IMG/VR virus record: IMGVR_UViG_3300042868_007474
Coordinates: 1 to 56,325 of that record
DNA from: a virus
Taxonomy: Duplodnaviria > Caudoviricetes
Direction: 5' to 3' (one strand)
Length of the DNA stretch: 56,325 nucleotides
The first letter of the stretch is position 1. Every line of letters starts with the position of its first letter. Below are positions 39,720 to 48,233 of this stretch, in pieces. The translations under genes and the position numbers were made by a program. The notes under the pieces were generated by a model. It saw only the letters and a program-made list of their open reading frames with translations, did no database searches and had not been told where the DNA came from.

Positions 39720-39923
39720 ATGGATAAGTATATTAAAACGGCTTACGATGCGGCACTCTCGGCGGGGACTCCACTTCAAAAAGAAGCGTGTGCAAAGTTT
39801 AAGGAAGTTATGCTTGAGGCAGGTGGCCCAAAAGAGTTCCAAGAATGGTCTGACGAAAAGGTTATGGACTTCGCAATAGACCTTATACTAAAAACCAAGA
39901 TTAGACAGCACATAATTGATTGA
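39720..39923 (+). CDS. Array protein, variant of the GYP.E...W.D motif
   Basis: KEVMLEAGGPKEFQEWSDEKVMDFA. Confidence 0.65.
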   Translation: MDKYIKTAYDAALSAGTPLQKEACAKFKEVMLEAGGPKEFQEWSDEKVMDFAIDLILKTKIRQHIID

Positions 39924-40009
39924 TAGGTATTTATATGACGGCATTCGGTCATTAAAATAGTTTAAGATAAACTTGCATTTGGTTGCAGGGTGTGCATACT
40001 GTATCTCGT

Positions 40010-40375
40010 ATGAAACACACCACCAAGAAAGCCATCCTCATTAACGCCAAGACCAACACCGTCAGTTTCGTGGAGGTCGGTGAATACACCGACATTTACA
40101 AGCACTGCGGTTATCAGACCTTTACCTGCGTGGGTCTCCCGCAGGAGAAGGAAACCCTCTATGTCGATGACGAGGGTCTTATCAATGGCACGGACTACGG
40201 CTTTACCATCGAGGGCTACGCCGACCCCCTTATGGGCAACGGACTCATTCTCGGGACTCGTTCCAACGGGGACAGCCGAGACACCGACCTTACGGTTGAG
40301 GAAGTTTGTAAAATGGTTCGCATTCTTCGCCCAACGGCTTTCGGCTTCATTTCGATGAAGCCCACGGCTGGATAA
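40010..40375 (+). CDS. DUF3846-like protein
   Basis: KAILI...LYVDDEGL...PLMGNGLILG...GDSRD pattern. Confidence 0.65.
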   Translation: MKHTTKKAILINAKTNTVSFVEVGEYTDIYKHCGYQTFTCVGLPQEKETLYVDDEGLINGTDYGFTIEGYADPLMGNGLILGTRSNGDSRDTDLTVEEVCKMVRILRPTAFGFISMKPTAG

Positions 40376-40428
40376 TTGGTTAAAATCTTCTTGACATTAC
40401 TCACACTATTCGCATACTTATTAACACT

Positions 40429-40761
40429 ATGGACTACCAGATTTACGAAGTTGTAATTCGCTACCTTGACACCCCAGACGAAGAACCCCACGCCGTCCTT
40501 GTGTCGGTCGGGGAAGACCAGCCCGAGGAGGGTGGCGAGGATGACGAGGCTTGTTTTTTCCATTTCTACCCGTTTGAGTGGGAAGACCTTTGCAAGACCA
40601 TTAAGGAGGGTTTCCGCTATGATGTAGACGGCGAGTTCCGAGTTGAGAACCACGGGGACGAGTATGTTGAAGACCTTGCCAATGAGCCAGACGAAGACCC
40701 AGAGCCAATGGGCGATGAGGTCGAAGGCGAGACCGAGCAAGAACCAGAACAGGGTGCTTGA
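40429..40761 (+). CDS. Acidic protein
   Basis: 110 aa, roughly one third D/E. Confidence 0.7.
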   Translation: MDYQIYEVVIRYLDTPDEEPHAVLVSVGEDQPEEGGEDDEACFFHFYPFEWEDLCKTIKEGFRYDVDGEFRVENHGDEYVEDLANEPDEDPEPMGDEVEGETEQEPEQGA

Positions 40762-40799
40762 CGGCTCTGCCGCTTGTTAGGTATCTTGCAGTAACTTAA

Positions 40800-41135
40800 A
40801 CAACTGAAAGACCCCCCACACGAAACACCGTGTGGAGGGTCAGTTGTTATGTATGAACCAACGCTAAATGAAGGCTAACAGGGATAGTTCCAGCGACAAC
40901 AATAACATTCCGTGCCTTGCAACCAACAACAACAACGCTTGGGGCTCTTACGATGCTCCCCACTTCCCTGTTAGCACAAATTAATCGGAGATTTTTCGAT
41001 AGTCCTTTTCACCCTGCTCTGGTTAGACCAATCGAGGGTGTCGGCTCACCGCTGGTAGTCGGTGGCAGTCCTTACGGATACTGCAAGGGGGCGGGCCTCA
41101 CGGCTTGTCGCATCTCCAAAGTGTTTCAATCAACG
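40800..41135 (-). ncRNA. Candidate multi-domain structured ncRNA
   Basis: Promoter TTGCAT-16-CATACT (41171-41144); stems GGAGAT/ATCTCC, GCTAACAGGGA/TCCCTGTTAGC and a long terminal hairpin; no credible ORF. Confidence 0.55.
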
Positions 41136-41177
41136 ATACATACAGTATGCATAACCTTTCGGATAATGCAAGAAGAA

Positions 41178-41372
41178 AGTTGAATGTCTTGTGCCTTTGC
41201 AGATGGGGGAAGTTCTCCGTATTCCCACCCGCTTTGTCCGCACAAGCATCTTGGGTTTGTAGTCGGAGCGTTCCGCTCCCGCTGTCTCTTCCCCCGCTTT
41301 GGACACGGGGTGATAGCCATTGGCAACCAGCGAGGTTTCTACAAACTTGCACAAAGTGATTTCAATTAACAA
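41178..41372 (-). ncRNA. Candidate ~190-nt structured ncRNA
   Basis: Promoter TTGCAT-16-CATACT (41407-41380); closing stem TTGAA..TTGTGC/GCACAA..TTCAA; inner GTTTGTAG/CTACAAAC multibranch. Confidence 0.55.
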
Positions 41373-41504
41373 TAAATACAGTATGCATACCTCCGAAAGA
41401 AATGCAAGCACCATTTTAACATTCATTTGCTAGGTCGCTATATGATTGAAAATAGTTGAATAAACATCTTGAAAAAAATCTAAAACCTGTAATACTGTAT
41501 CTCT

Positions 41505-41693
41505 ATGACACTCGCTCAATACCAGCAAGGAATGAAACGACTCGCCGAAATCCGCAACAGCCTTACCACGGCTCGGCAGGAACTCGCCTCCGAGAAGAAC
41601 TACGACCTGCGTGAAATGCATCAAGCGGTTATCAATGCCCTTATGGCAGAAATGCAGGAAACCGAAACCTTAATGAACGGACTTCAAAAATAA
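41505..41693 (+). CDS. Array hypothetical protein
   Basis: 62 aa. Confidence 0.7.
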   Translation: MTLAQYQQGMKRLAEIRNSLTTARQELASEKNYDLREMHQAVINALMAEMQETETLMNGLQK

Positions 41694-41757
41694 TTCATTT
41701 TCATCTTTACATTAAATCAGATTTGTGCATACTGTATCTTCTAACCCAAACAACCAA

Positions 41758-42045
41758 ATGACCACACTCAAAACCGTCTCCATCTACAACACCATCGACA
41801 CGATGACCGCCCGCAAGCCCTCTTGTTGGGGGGATATCCCCGCCGTGGCTGTCGCTCACGAACTGAAATCCATTCTGTTCGGTCGCCTCCCCGTGCTGGA
41901 AATCGAGTCCGCAGAATACCATCCCCTCGATGACATTGAAGGTGGTGTGCCGAACCAGCGTTTTATGCTGAACTACGGCGAGAAGACTTACTATGTGAAC
42001 TCCGAGGGCTATAACTATTGCCGATACATTTGCGAAATTGTTTGA
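41758..42045 (+). CDS. Array hypothetical protein
   Basis: MTTLKTVS...YYVNSEGYNYCRY. Confidence 0.7.
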   Translation: MTTLKTVSIYNTIDTMTARKPSCWGDIPAVAVAHELKSILFGRLPVLEIESAEYHPLDDIEGGVPNQRFMLNYGEKTYYVNSEGYNYCRYICEIV

Positions 42046-42092
42046 CTTTCCAACCCAAATAACCATACTAACTAAATCCAACCAACACTACT

Positions 42093-42359
42093 ATGAGCAA
42101 TATGTCTTACTGCCGTTTCGAAAATACCGTCTCCGACTTGGAGGACTGCGTTGAGTCGTGGAGCGATGGTGTTTCGTCCAAGGACGAAGCCCGAGCCCGC
42201 CAGCGACTTGTCGAGGTCGCCGAGGAAGTCCTCTCCCTCTACCGCTCTGACAGGGAGATGGTGGACAGCCTTGAACTCAATGAGGAGGGCAAGTCTTACG
42301 AGGCTGACGATGACGACACGGAGGACGAGGATAACGAGTCCTCCTCGGACTCCGAGTAA
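42093..42359 (+). CDS. Phage protein with MSNMSYCRFENT N-terminus and acidic tail
   Basis: N-terminal motif recalled from many phage early proteins, not searched. Confidence 0.75.
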   Translation: MSNMSYCRFENTVSDLEDCVESWSDGVSSKDEARARQRLVEVAEEVLSLYRSDREMVDSLELNEEGKSYEADDDDTEDEDNESSSDSE

Positions 42360-42614
42360 GGTTTAGCCCCTCACGGGGCTTTTCCTTTGGTTTGGTTGTT
42401 AGGTATCTAACAGACCCCAAAGTTGCCCCCACGGCGACCCATTTGGAATATTGTAGCACATTCGCAAGCCGTTGTAAAGCAAAAAGATAAGAGTTTATTC
42501 TTTGATTGTTTTACGAAAAGATAACTTTGTGCTTGCGGAAACTTAAATCGTATGCATACTTGTAAGAGTCCAATCAAGGACAACCAACCAAAACTAAACC
42601 AAACCAAAATACAT

Positions 42615-43490
42615 ATGACCACGAACCTCACCACCACCACCGCCTCGGAAGCCATTGAGCGTCAGACTGAAAAGTTTGACTACACGGTTTCCCAAGTCCC
42701 GTTCCACCTCCCGAACGGCTCGCAGACCCGTTTTCTCGCTAATGTGCGGGATGACAACGGCGAAGTCCTCGGGTGCGTCTCCGACCGCTACGAAGTCCTC
42801 CAAAACTCCGATATGCTCGGGGCTTCCGAAGACCTCTTCAAGGCCGAGGGCTTCTCTAACTTCAAGCGTAAGACCGTTTGCACGAACGGCGGGGCTCGCA
42901 TCCGAGCCATTTATGACTTCCCCGACCACGGCTTCAAACTGTCGAACGGGAACGACCTCACCTTCCGCTTGAAGGTTCAGAACTCCTTTGACGGCTCGCT
43001 CCGTGCCTCGTTCCAAGTCGGTCTCGTTCGCCTCGTTTGCACGAACGGCCTTGCCCTCCCCGTTGCGGCTGTTGGTATGTCCCGCAAGCACACCCAGCAC
43101 CTCGACCCGAACGGTCTCCGTGAGGCGTTCGCCCGCTCCATTAACGCCTTCAAGGAGTCCGCTCCCCTCTTCAATCGGATGATTGAGACCCGCTTGACGC
43201 AGGAGGAGGGCAACAGCATCCTGCTGAACTTCGAAAAGTCCAAGGTTATGAGCGAGCGGATGCGTGAGGGCATACAAGCGGTTTGGGAGCGTCCGACTTA
43301 CGCCGAGGACAGCACCCGCAACCTGTTCAACCTCTACAACGCCACGACCCAGCACCTTACCCATTCGGTTGAGGGCAAGCGGTTCGAACTTGCCGAGCGT
43401 GTGAACACGGGAGTCCTCAACTCCATCTCCAAGGCGGTGAAGCGAAACAACCTCGCCTCGCTGATGGTTGCCAACCTCGGGGATAACTAA
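42615..43490 (+). CDS. DUF932/DUF945 family protein (TIGR03299-like)
   Basis: VLGCVSDRYEVLQN, NGGAR, NSFDGS, RLVCTNG, FNLYNATTQ. Confidence 0.85.
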   Translation: MTTNLTTTTASEAIERQTEKFDYTVSQVPFHLPNGSQTRFLANVRDDNGEVLGCVSDRYEVLQNSDMLGASEDLFKAEGFSNFKRKTVCTNGGARIRAIYDFPDHGFKLSNGNDLTFRLKVQNSFDGSLRASFQVGLVRLVCTNGLALPVAAVGMSRKHTQHLDPNGLREAFARSINAFKESAPLFNRMIETRLTQEEGNSILLNFEKSKVMSERMREGIQAVWERPTYAEDSTRNLFNLYNATTQHLTHSVEGKRFELAERVNTGVLNSISKAVKRNNLASLMVANLGDN

Positions 43491-43586
43491 TCCCCCGAGC
43501 GGGCGGGTCGAACAGGGTGGGGGCTAACGCCCCCGCCCTTTCTTTGTTTGCAAGCATTGACAAACCTGCTATGCTGTCCCCCTCAT

Positions 43587-43922
43587 ATGGTATCCAAAAA
43601 AGATTATTTTAAAGTTGACCTTTTCCCCGATGGTATGCATTGTCCAAAATGCAGGGGAGTGCATTTCCACCCCAAGGCAACGGTTTTACCAAACCTAGTA
43701 TCCGTAGTGCCAGACCCAAAGGGTAAGGACGGGAAAGTTAGCCTGTGGGTGGCTCGGTCTGAGTGCCTAACAACAGGGTGCAACGGCTTTGTGGATTGGA
43801 CATTCCATCCCGACTACTGCAACGGAGACCGCCTTGGAAACCCTTATAGAGCCATTGTAGAGTGGGGTTCTAACCCACTTGGGCTGGAAGCGTTCAAGGA
43901 CTTCCCTCGGAGCAATAGTTAA
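43587..43922 (+). CDS. Zn-ribbon-like protein
   Basis: CPKC...CLTTGC. Confidence 0.6.
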   Translation: MVSKKDYFKVDLFPDGMHCPKCRGVHFHPKATVLPNLVSVVPDPKGKDGKVSLWVARSECLTTGCNGFVDWTFHPDYCNGDRLGNPYRAIVEWGSNPLGLEAFKDFPRSNS

Positions 43923-43977
43923 GTTTTTTAGATTTGATGCTTGTATTTCTCAGAGGTTCGTGCATACTGTATCTACT

Positions 43978-44145
43978 ATGAAACACGAAATGGAATACAT
44001 CGCAACCATCCAAGTCCTCTCTGGCTCTATGGCTGGACAGATGCTTGAAATCGAAACGCTGGACAAGTGGGCTATTGGCTCTCACCACCACATCGCCGAG
44101 CAGACCTTTGTCGTCCTCGGCCTTGAAGAAAATCCGCTGGAATGA
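43978..44145 (+). CDS. Array micro-protein
   Basis: MKHEMEY; TGCATACTGTAT promoter. Confidence 0.65.
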   Translation: MKHEMEYIATIQVLSGSMAGQMLEIETLDKWAIGSHHHIAEQTFVVLGLEENPLE

Positions 44146-44203
44146 AAATAAGACTTGTAATCTAAACCAAAATTTGCATACTGTATCTTCTCCAACCAAT
44201 ACC

Positions 44204-44449
44204 ATGAAAAACACTAACTACAAAATCCAGAACGACACCCTTGATAAGATTAAGCCCGCCCTTGATAAGGCAAAGATTAAGTGGGTGCTTGTCTTTGACG
44301 AGGATGTGCTTGACCGCCTTGACGGCGACCCCCGCCTTGCAAAACTCACGCCCGAAATCATGGAGTCCATCAAGGACGACACCGTTGATGCCCTTATGGA
44401 AGCGTGGGCTGATTGCATCGACTCTGCCATTGACAACAACATCCGATAA
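44204..44449 (+). CDS. Array acidic protein (similar to 45464 and 48349)
   Basis: MESIKDDTVDAL versus MMEIKEAVLDAL. Confidence 0.7.
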   Translation: MKNTNYKIQNDTLDKIKPALDKAKIKWVLVFDEDVLDRLDGDPRLAKLTPEIMESIKDDTVDALMEAWADCIDSAIDNNIR

Positions 44450-44466
44450 AGCATAATACTACTACT

Positions 44467-44850
44467 ATGGGACTCGACCAATACGCTTACTCGGTTAGCA
44501 AGGCAGACCGACCCCTGCTTGACTCGCAGGAATACTATGACGGCGAAGCCGTCATTGAGTCCCAAGAGGAACTTGCTTATTGGAGAAAACACGCCGACCT
44601 TAACGGATGGATGACCAACCTCTACCACAGCAAGGGTGGAGAAGGGAGTTTTAATGGAGAAATTCTTGAGTTAAATGAGGACGACCTCAACTCCCTGCAA
44701 GAAGCCGTCAAGGAAGGTCTTGAGACTGCTACGGGGTTTTTCTGGGGTGTGTCTGACGAGCGACACGACAACGAGACCGTGGCTTTCATCAAGAAGGCAC
44801 TACGAGAGGTGAAGAAGGGTAATGTAGTTTATTATTGTTGCTCTTGGTAA
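44467..44850 (+). CDS. Conserved phage/MGE protein (MGLDQY...YWRKH...GFFWG...YYCCSW)
   Basis: Recognisable widespread family of unknown function. Confidence 0.8.
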   Translation: MGLDQYAYSVSKADRPLLDSQEYYDGEAVIESQEELAYWRKHADLNGWMTNLYHSKGGEGSFNGEILELNEDDLNSLQEAVKEGLETATGFFWGVSDERHDNETVAFIKKALREVKKGNVVYYCCSW

Positions 44851-44967
44851 AACAATGCCCCGCAGGTGCGGGGCTTCTGTTTGCTCTGGTTGTTAGGTAT
44901 GTATATGATTGAAAGAAATCATAAAATCTTCTTGCAATTTTTATAAACTTATGAATACTGTATGTCT

Positions 44968-45270
44968 ATGACTAAACCCAAGAAAGCCACCAAGTCCGTT
45001 GCCTGTCCCCACCTCGCTGTCGCTTATGAAGGCGGTGGCAATTGGGGTTGGGCATACTACAACACCGCTCAGAAGGCCGTAGAGGTCGCCGAATGGATTA
45101 AGGCGGGGAATAACACCAAGTTCGCTTGCAAGGGTCGTGTGGAGGCTGACAGCGACAAGGGAACGGTCATTAAGGACGGCTCGACCCTCTGGTGCATCCA
45201 CTTTCACTATGACAACACCAATCGCCCTGCATACATCCAGAGCGTTCCAAATATTCGCACTTTGTGGTAA
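44968..45270 (+). CDS. Array hypothetical protein
   Basis: MTKPKKAT. Confidence 0.7.
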   Translation: MTKPKKATKSVACPHLAVAYEGGGNWGWAYYNTAQKAVEVAEWIKAGNNTKFACKGRVEADSDKGTVIKDGSTLWCIHFHYDNTNRPAYIQSVPNIRTLW

Positions 45271-45311
45271 TAAATTCTTTACAAGCCCAACCACTTGTGC
45301 ATACTGTATCT

Positions 45312-45425
45312 ATGACTAACAAGAATACCAAGCGAGCCAGCGGTGGCTCTTTCTGGAAGGTCGAAAGCAAAGCCGACCTCCTTAAGCGACCTGCAAAAAA
45401 GTCTAAAAAAGTTCTTGCAAAATAA
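45312..45425 (+). CDS. Basic micro-protein (37 aa, not in ORF track)
   Basis: MTNKNTKRASGGSFWKVESKADLLKRPAKKSKKVLAK after TGCATACTGTAT. Confidence 0.5.
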   Translation: MTNKNTKRASGGSFWKVESKADLLKRPAKKSKKVLAK

Positions 45426-45463
45426 ACCAACTTCCACATACTAATCAATCCACCACCAATACT

Positions 45464-45697
45464 ATGAATACCTCCCCCAAAAACAAAGCCCTCCTCGAAA
45501 TGTCCCGCCTTGCGGCTCGGCACGGCATCCTCTACCTCGTCATTGAAGACGAACTGATTGAGACTTACGCCGAAGACGCTGAACTCAAACTTGACTCCGT
45601 GACTATGATGGAGATTAAGGAAGCCGTCCTTGATGCCCTCCAGCAGGATGTTGAAGGACACATTGAGACCGCCGTAGATGATATGGTCGGTAACTAA
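45464..45697 (+). CDS. Array acidic protein
   Basis: 77 aa, similar to 44204. Confidence 0.7.
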   Translation: MNTSPKNKALLEMSRLAARHGILYLVIEDELIETYAEDAELKLDSVTMMEIKEAVLDALQQDVEGHIETAVDDMVGN

Positions 45698-45723
45698 TTC
45701 TAACCCAAACCACAAATACAAAA

Positions 45724-45933
45724 ATGAAGCAATACCTCATCACAAAGACTATCACCATCTCGTTTGAATGCGAGGCTAAGAATGAAAAGGACGCTATCAA
45801 GCAGTTCAATTCTGACTTTGAAGATATGTTTAACAATACCGACTCTCAGTTGGACGAAGACCAGCCCGAGAATGTCTATGTAGCCAAGGAGAATGGGGAA
45901 TATGTCCCTGTTGCCGAAGCCAAGGATGCTTGA
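45724..45933 (+). CDS. DpnD/PcfM-like small protein
   Basis: MKQYLITKTITISFECEAKNEKDA pattern. Confidence 0.6.
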   Translation: MKQYLITKTITISFECEAKNEKDAIKQFNSDFEDMFNNTDSQLDEDQPENVYVAKENGEYVPVAEAKDA

Positions 45934-46049
45934 ACAGAACGCCCCCTCACGGGGGCTTCTTCTTGGAATGATTGTTAGGCACTTATATGATTAAAGAATT
46001 TCATAAAATGTCCTTGCAATTTGTCCGACTTCATACATACTATCAATCT

Positions 46050-46271
46050 ATGACCACTACCAAAAAGAAAGCCAAGAAGCCCGTCCTTAAAACATTCATC
46101 GTATCCGAGCAAATCTTCCTTAATTGGGAGTGCAAGGCTACTTCCGCAAAAGAAGCCCGTGAGATGTATGAATTCTACATCGCTGACGATGTTCAACTTC
46201 AAGAACTCTTGAAGGAAGCGTTAGAGAACAAGTGGGATGCTGGTGTCAATGTGGAGGAAGTCAAGGAATGA
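46050..46271 (+). CDS. Small protein, same pattern as 45724
   Basis: LKTFIVSEQIFLNWECKATSAKEA. Confidence 0.65.
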   Translation: MTTTKKKAKKPVLKTFIVSEQIFLNWECKATSAKEAREMYEFYIADDVQLQELLKEALENKWDAGVNVEEVKE

Positions 46272-46447
46272 AAGTCTACATTGCCTTCCTCTGGGGCAAC
46301 GGTAGCCCATACATTGAAGCCAAGTTGGAGAATGGGATGAAAGTCCCATTCCGAGACTTGACTACTTGGAACGCTAAGGCCAAGAAGCGAGTCAAGGAAC
46401 ACCTTGAAAGTGTCTACGGCTATAAAGAAGTTCACTTTATTACTTGA
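46268..46447 (+). CDS. Hypothetical protein
   Basis: MKVYIAFL, ATGA overlap. Confidence 0.6.
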   Translation: MKVYIAFLWGNGSPYIEAKLENGMKVPFRDLTTWNAKAKKRVKEHLESVYGYKEVHFIT

Positions 46448-46477
46448 CCATTAACAACAAACCTGCATACTGACTTT

Positions 46478-46771
46478 ATGGAACACATCATTGCAAAAAT
46501 TATGAAAATGAAGCGAGAAGACCGAGTGGCTCTCGCCCACGGCCTCCTTATGGAACTTGAAAAAGCAGAGGACATTACCTGCTGGAACTTCTGGGAGCGT
46601 CAGACTGTTAAGGAAATTGCCCTTGAAAACATCAATGGCAAGATTTCCGAAGCCGAACTGACTGGCCTCATGGGTCGTCTCAACAAGGAGTGGGATAGCC
46701 TTGCCCAACACGATTGGGAAAAGTTCTCCGACAACCTTAACAAGCATCTTAAACAAATGCGAATTAAGTAA
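46478..46771 (+). CDS. Hypothetical protein
   Basis: 97 aa; own promoter. Confidence 0.7.
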   Translation: MEHIIAKIMKMKREDRVALAHGLLMELEKAEDITCWNFWERQTVKEIALENINGKISEAELTGLMGRLNKEWDSLAQHDWEKFSDNLNKHLKQMRIK

Positions 46772-46968
46772 TGAACAACCCAATCAAGGGCAATCGAGCA
46801 AATCCAAGCGAACCAGTAAATGTTCGCCGTTTTGCCGTAAGCAGATATAAAGTATTAATTAATGAAGCAGTTGAAATGCGGAAGCAGGACAAGAAGCGAT
46901 GGGAAGTCTTGTTCTCTATGAACAAATGGCAACCACAAGATGGCACAACGCAAACCAAGAAACCATAA
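46771..46968 (+). CDS. Hypothetical protein
   Basis: 65 aa, coupled to the previous gene. Confidence 0.55.
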   Translation: MNNPIKGNRANPSEPVNVRRFAVSRYKVLINEAVEMRKQDKKRWEVLFSMNKWQPQDGTTQTKKP

Positions 46969-47155
46969 GATAGACCCAGCCAAGGTCGAAGAGGCGGCTC
47001 GGAGACTTGGACGCAGGGTGCTTGAACTAATGCTAGATGGTCTGGCTGACGATGAACTCGCAAGGGCATACGATGGTCTCCGAGATGCCTTGGTAGGTAT
47101 TCCAGACTACTCTTATACTCCACCAAAAAAGAAAGCCCCCACCCCGAAGGGGTGA
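46940..47155 (+). CDS. Hypothetical protein
   Basis: 71 aa. Confidence 0.55.
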   Translation: MAQRKPRNHKIDPAKVEEAARRLGRRVLELMLDGLADDELARAYDGLRDALVGIPDYSYTPPKKKAPTPKG

Positions 47156-47171
47156 GAGCGTCTTTAAGTTT

Positions 47172-47345
47172 TTACTTGCAATCGTATTTTTCTGCCCGCT
47201 CTTTGGCGATTTCCTCAATCTGATACCAGATTTTAGCCATTGTATCGTCATCATACTTGGCCTTGTCGTATTGACCTTGACCCCACGACCCCTTTGCCCA
47301 ATCAAGGGCGTGTAAGGCCGTGTTTCTGATTTCCTCGTTGGTCAT
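47172..47345 (-). CDS. Hypothetical protein
   Basis: MTNEEIRN. Confidence 0.6.
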   Translation of the reverse strand: MTNEEIRNTALHALDWAKGSWGQGQYDKAKYDDDTMAKIWYQIEEIAKERAEKYDCK

Positions 47346-47349
47346 CGGT

Positions 47350-47571
47350 TTAGTATTCGTGGGTTTCGTTGCCCTCGGCATCCTGCGAGTAGCAGGTGAA
47401 GTCAGAGGAGTCAGCAATCATCTTGCCGAACTTGACATTCTCCACGAACGCATTAAGATACTTCTCTTGGGCTTCCTCGAAAGAGTTAGCCACGATGCCT
47501 CGGGATTGGATGGTGATGGTTTCGTTGAAGAAGTAAGTCTTCTTCGTGTTGGTGGTGTTTTCGTTGGTCAT
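47350..47571 (-). CDS. Small protein, same pattern as 45724
   Basis: KTYFFNETITIQSRGIVANSFEEA; own promoter. Confidence 0.65.
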   Translation of the reverse strand: MTNENTTNTKKTYFFNETITIQSRGIVANSFEEAQEKYLNAFVENVKFGKMIADSSDFTCYSQDAEGNETHEY

Positions 47572-47632
47572 GGTGTTTGGGTGAGAGATACAGTATGTAT
47601 GGTTTTAGATTTTGTGCAAGACATTTGTCTGA

Positions 47633-47938
47633 TTATTTCAGATAAATCGTCTTCACTCGTTCGTAGTTTCCATTGATGCTGGTAGTAATGTCGAAAATCC
47701 TGTTATCAATAGAGCGGACTTCGAACTCTCCGCTTGCCATCTGTTTAAGGGCTTTGATAATCTTGCCTTCGTGTTCGTCAATTTCAAAGTATTCGCCCTT
47801 GCAACCGCAACGGCAGTTGTTGCCCTTGCCGATGTAGAGGTTATCCACCTTGTCAAGGGTGATGACAATCTCACCATCCCCATCAGACGAGGTGTGCTTG
47901 ATTTTGTATTCAGTTCCGAGGTTCATAGTGTTGGTCAT
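47633..47938 (-). CDS. Phage protein with YIGK..CRCGCKGEY motif
   Basis: Own TGCATACTGTAT promoter. Confidence 0.7.
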   Translation of the reverse strand: MTNTMNLGTEYKIKHTSSDGDGEIVITLDKVDNLYIGKGNNCRCGCKGEYFEIDEHEGKIIKALKQMASGEFEVRSIDNRIFDITTSINGNYERVKTIYLK

Positions 47939-47984
47939 AGAAATACAGTATGCACAGATTTTATAAAACAACAAGCATTATTTC

Positions 47985-48233
47985 TTACTTTCTTTGTCCA
48001 TTGGAGTCAAAGAGAACTTCAAAGGAAAGGTCTTCTACTTCCTTAATAGCCTCGGCAAGGGCAATGCGAGCCTCTTCGGCTCGCTTGCCAGAGCGTTCAA
48101 ACTCATAGTCAAAGGAAAGGGAAGGGTTGGTGAGTTGGAACATCACGCCGTGCTGTGCCTCACGAAATTGAGTCAATTTCCAGATAAGGTTTTTGCTGGC
48201 CTTGGCGAGTTCGGTTGCTTTATTGTTTTTCAT
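47985..48233 (-). CDS. Hypothetical protein
   Basis: MKNNKATE; own TGCATACTGTAT promoter. Confidence 0.65.
   Translation of the reverse strand: MKNNKATELAKASKNLIWKLTQFREAQHGVMFQLTNPSLSFDYEFERSGKRAEEARIALAEAIKEVEDLSFEVLFDSNGQRK

Noticed and set aside
40917-41426. Short ORFs in several frames over the ncRNA region
   Set aside because: No promoter-adjacent ATG, atypical composition, and they overlap strong RNA stems
20121-45721. Many long minus-strand ORFs (e.g. 21831..22793, 23835..24752, 33918..34772, 38813..39715, 42594..43364)
   Set aside because: Antisense shadows caused by C-ending codon bias; they cross promoters and terminators
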